This document shows positions 30,365-32,000 of a stretch of DNA of 32,000 bases, piece after piece; the first letter of the stretch is position 1, and every line of letters begins with the position of its first letter. The DNA lies in contig NC_009483.1 of assembly GCF_000016745.1 (NCBI RefSeq), forward strand, positions 1,920,001 to 1,952,000, in the 5' to 3' direction. This DNA is from Geotalea uraniireducens Rf4. Lineage in GTDB: Bacteria > Desulfobacterota > Desulfuromonadia > Geobacterales > Geobacteraceae. The position numbers were made by a program, and so were the translations under genes. The notes under the pieces are model-generated. The model saw nothing but the letters and a program-made list of their open reading frames with translations. It was not told where the DNA came from and did not search any database.

Positions 30365-31756
30365 ATGCAAATTCTATCAATTTTAATAGTTATTTGTGCA
30401 TTTTACTTTGCACTAAAATATCCGCCATATACCTTATGTCTGTATATGATATTTTCTTCCCCTGAATCATATGCAATCGGTTTTTACTTTTTGAATCAAT
30501 ATGCTTCGACATTAATTTCAGGAGCCGCTTTAGTTGCTAGCGTTACAAGTTTTTATCGTTTATCGAAACAAATGAATACGGATCATTTCATAAAACGGAT
30601 ATTTTATCTAGCGTCACTTTGCATGTTTATTTCTGCTTGGGTTTGGATCTCGACTATATTTAATTTTAGAAATTATTGGCAATCTATTCTTGACATCACG
30701 GAAGCAGGCGCTTTTGGCAGTGTAATTGCGTTTTCTTATTATCGTGAAAAACGTGCTCAGTTAGCATTTATTGCAACTGTTTTATTTCACATCACCTTCA
30801 GCTTTTTAATTTACTGGATTAAAAATCCTTATTTGATTAACTTTATTACAATAGTTCATCAAGAATCATCAGATATCTCCAAGCTATTATCATATGGTGT
30901 AACAAATGAGGCAACTGTCAGAATTAGCGCCCATTTTGAAAATTCAATTCAACTAGGTTTTTATGGAGCCGTAGGATTAATTATTGGTTTTTATCTTGTA
31001 ACTGTGCCGAAATGGTGGGCGCGCCTACTAAGTTTTATTTTTATAGGTGTTTCGCTTTGGGTAAGCTACGCAACAGTCGTTCGTTCATTATGGATATTTT
31101 TATTTTTGGGATTTCTTTTCCTTATGATTCAAAATTCCAAACAACAGTTACTATCGCAAACGTCGGGATTCATAAATAGAAGATATTTATTGATCAGTAG
31201 TATAATACTAACATTTGCTTTGGTTACTGTGTGCATTGCATATATGTCAGATGGACAATCAGATAATAAAAGCATTTATGCTTTATATAACTTTTTTACT
31301 GACCTCGCGGGTTCATCCTATGAGGGTAATGAATATAGACGTTCCCATCTAATATCTAGTGCCAATATTATTTTCGAACATCCTTTATTTGGTCTGGGTT
31401 CCGTTGAAGCTATCGTACAATCTACAGGAGGAATGGCACATCAAGTTATGATTGCATATGGAGCTATGTTTGGGGTTCCTGTTTTTGTTGCCATAACCAT
31501 TTTGTGTATTGTATTAGCAAAATCCCTATACATTTACTTGACTAAGCCGTTAAGCATGCCATTGCCACCAACTTGTTTCCATGTCAGATATGGTTCACCG
31601 TTGTTTATGTTTGGATGTATTGTACTTGCTGTTGGGTTATCAAACCACTCAGCCGGTAGAATGCTTCAATGGATCTGCTGGTCACTTGCGTGTCTCCCTT
31701 GGGTTTATTCAAAAAATACCCATGATAGTGCTATCCAAAACCGGATAGGCAGGTAG
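30365..31756 (+). CDS. O-antigen ligase/polymerase family membrane protein (Wzy_C domain; WaaL- or Wzy-like)
   Basis: About 10-12 hydrophobic segments. The periplasmic-loop motif RRSHLISSANIIFEHPLFGLGS is typical of the O-antigen ligase/polymerase family. Confidence 0.75.
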   Translation: MQILSILIVICAFYFALKYPPYTLCLYMIFSSPESYAIGFYFLNQYASTLISGAALVASVTSFYRLSKQMNTDHFIKRIFYLASLCMFISAWVWISTIFNFRNYWQSILDITEAGAFGSVIAFSYYREKRAQLAFIATVLFHITFSFLIYWIKNPYLINFITIVHQESSDISKLLSYGVTNEATVRISAHFENSIQLGFYGAVGLIIGFYLVTVPKWWARLLSFIFIGVSLWVSYATVVRSLWIFLFLGFLFLMIQNSKQQLLSQTSGFINRRYLLISSIILTFALVTVCIAYMSDGQSDNKSIYALYNFFTDLAGSSYEGNEYRRSHLISSANIIFEHPLFGLGSVEAIVQSTGGMAHQVMIAYGAMFGVPVFVAITILCIVLAKSLYIYLTKPLSMPLPPTCFHVRYGSPLFMFGCIVLAVGLSNHSAGRMLQWICWSLACLPWVYSKNTHDSAIQNRIGR

Positions 31757-31820
31757 CAATCTTCTGTAAACTAAAGGCTTTGCGGAAACAATAATATTAT
31801 CATTAAGTAGGTTGGTGTAC

Positions 31821-32000
31821 ATGACCATTATTAACCGTAAATCCCCTAGTGTAAGTATTATCTTGCCAGTATTTAATGGGGAGAAGTATCTTCAATCAGC
31901 GATTGAGAGCTTACTCAGCCAATCCTATGCTGATTTTGAGTTAATAATAATAAATGATGGGTCAACAGACCAGTCTTTAGCGATAATGACGAAATATTCT
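31821..32000 (+). CDS. Glycosyltransferase family 2, N-terminal part (runs off the window end; not in the ORF track)
   Basis: ATG 31821, with the frame open to base 32000. SVSIILPVFNGEKYLQSAIESLLSQSYADFELIIINDGSTDQS is the classic GT2 N-terminus. Confidence 0.8.
   Translation, partial: MTIINRKSPSVSIILPVFNGEKYLQSAIESLLSQSYADFELIIINDGSTDQSLAIMTKYS

Noticed and set aside
1-32000. tRNA, rRNA, tmRNA or integrase-linked att sites that might explain the low-GC cassette as a classical genomic island.
   Set aside because: I saw no tRNA-like T-arm (GGTTCGAnnCC) or rRNA-like sequence in any intergenic region, and no integrase gene in the window. The cassette boundary is inside wzt, which points to homologous or illegitimate recombination rather than site-specific integration.

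Overview
The window is a high-GC chromosomal segment (about 60-65% GC by eye). The protein families and the G-run/C-run hairpin repeats look Geobacter/Desulfuromonadales-like, but that taxonomic call is a guess. It ends in a sharply AT-rich glycan cassette (about 30-40% GC).

Layout, left to right:
1. 1-6124: the 3' end of an ABC1/UbiB kinase gene, then a four-gene envelope module: LolD/MacB-type ATPase, fused double-FtsX permease, LolA-like lipoprotein, and a putative outer-membrane (OM) barrel.
2. 6200-10451: a nucleotidyltransferase-domain protein, a zinc-ribbon membrane peptide and a 78-aa protein preceded by a ~140-nt long-hairpin leader. Next come a PolX (family X + PHP) polymerase gene and a divergent, orphan rtcA.
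3. 10681-14383 (minus strand): a YjbH/GfcD-family OM protein and an upstream Tat-lipoprotein with an odd alternating Ile/Arg/Thr tail encoded by hexanucleotide repeats.
4. 14439-15965: an intact IS701-family element with perfect 22-bp inverted repeats. It sits in the divergent promoter region.
5. 16486-25927 (plus strand): a surface-polysaccharide locus with Wza-like, Wzc-like BY-kinase, PHP tyrosine phosphatase, CapE/FnlA-like dehydratase, nucleotide-sugar dehydrogenase, Wzm and Wzt.
6. About 25350 to the window end: the low-GC cassette. It begins inside wzt, at the boundary between the ATPase domain and the C-terminal domain. It carries two SAM methyltransferases, an SDR epimerase/dehydratase, a GT11 alpha-1,2-fucosyltransferase, a small protein with a ParB/Srx-like DGNHR motif, an O-antigen ligase/polymerase-family protein, and the start of a GT2.

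Most interesting candidates:
- the mosaic wzt plus a putative chain-capping module (methyltransferases and the ParB/Srx-like protein);
- a gfc-like (group-4-capsule-like) arrangement with a novel lipoprotein partner of YjbH;
- a 152-bp tandem duplication at the methyltransferase/GT11 junction;
- a 31-nt repeat read in two frames within the phosphatase ORF;
- the strand-asymmetric long hairpin upstream of the 78-aa gene.

I recognised no rRNA, tRNA or CRISPR array. All homology calls come from motif recognition by eye, not from searches.
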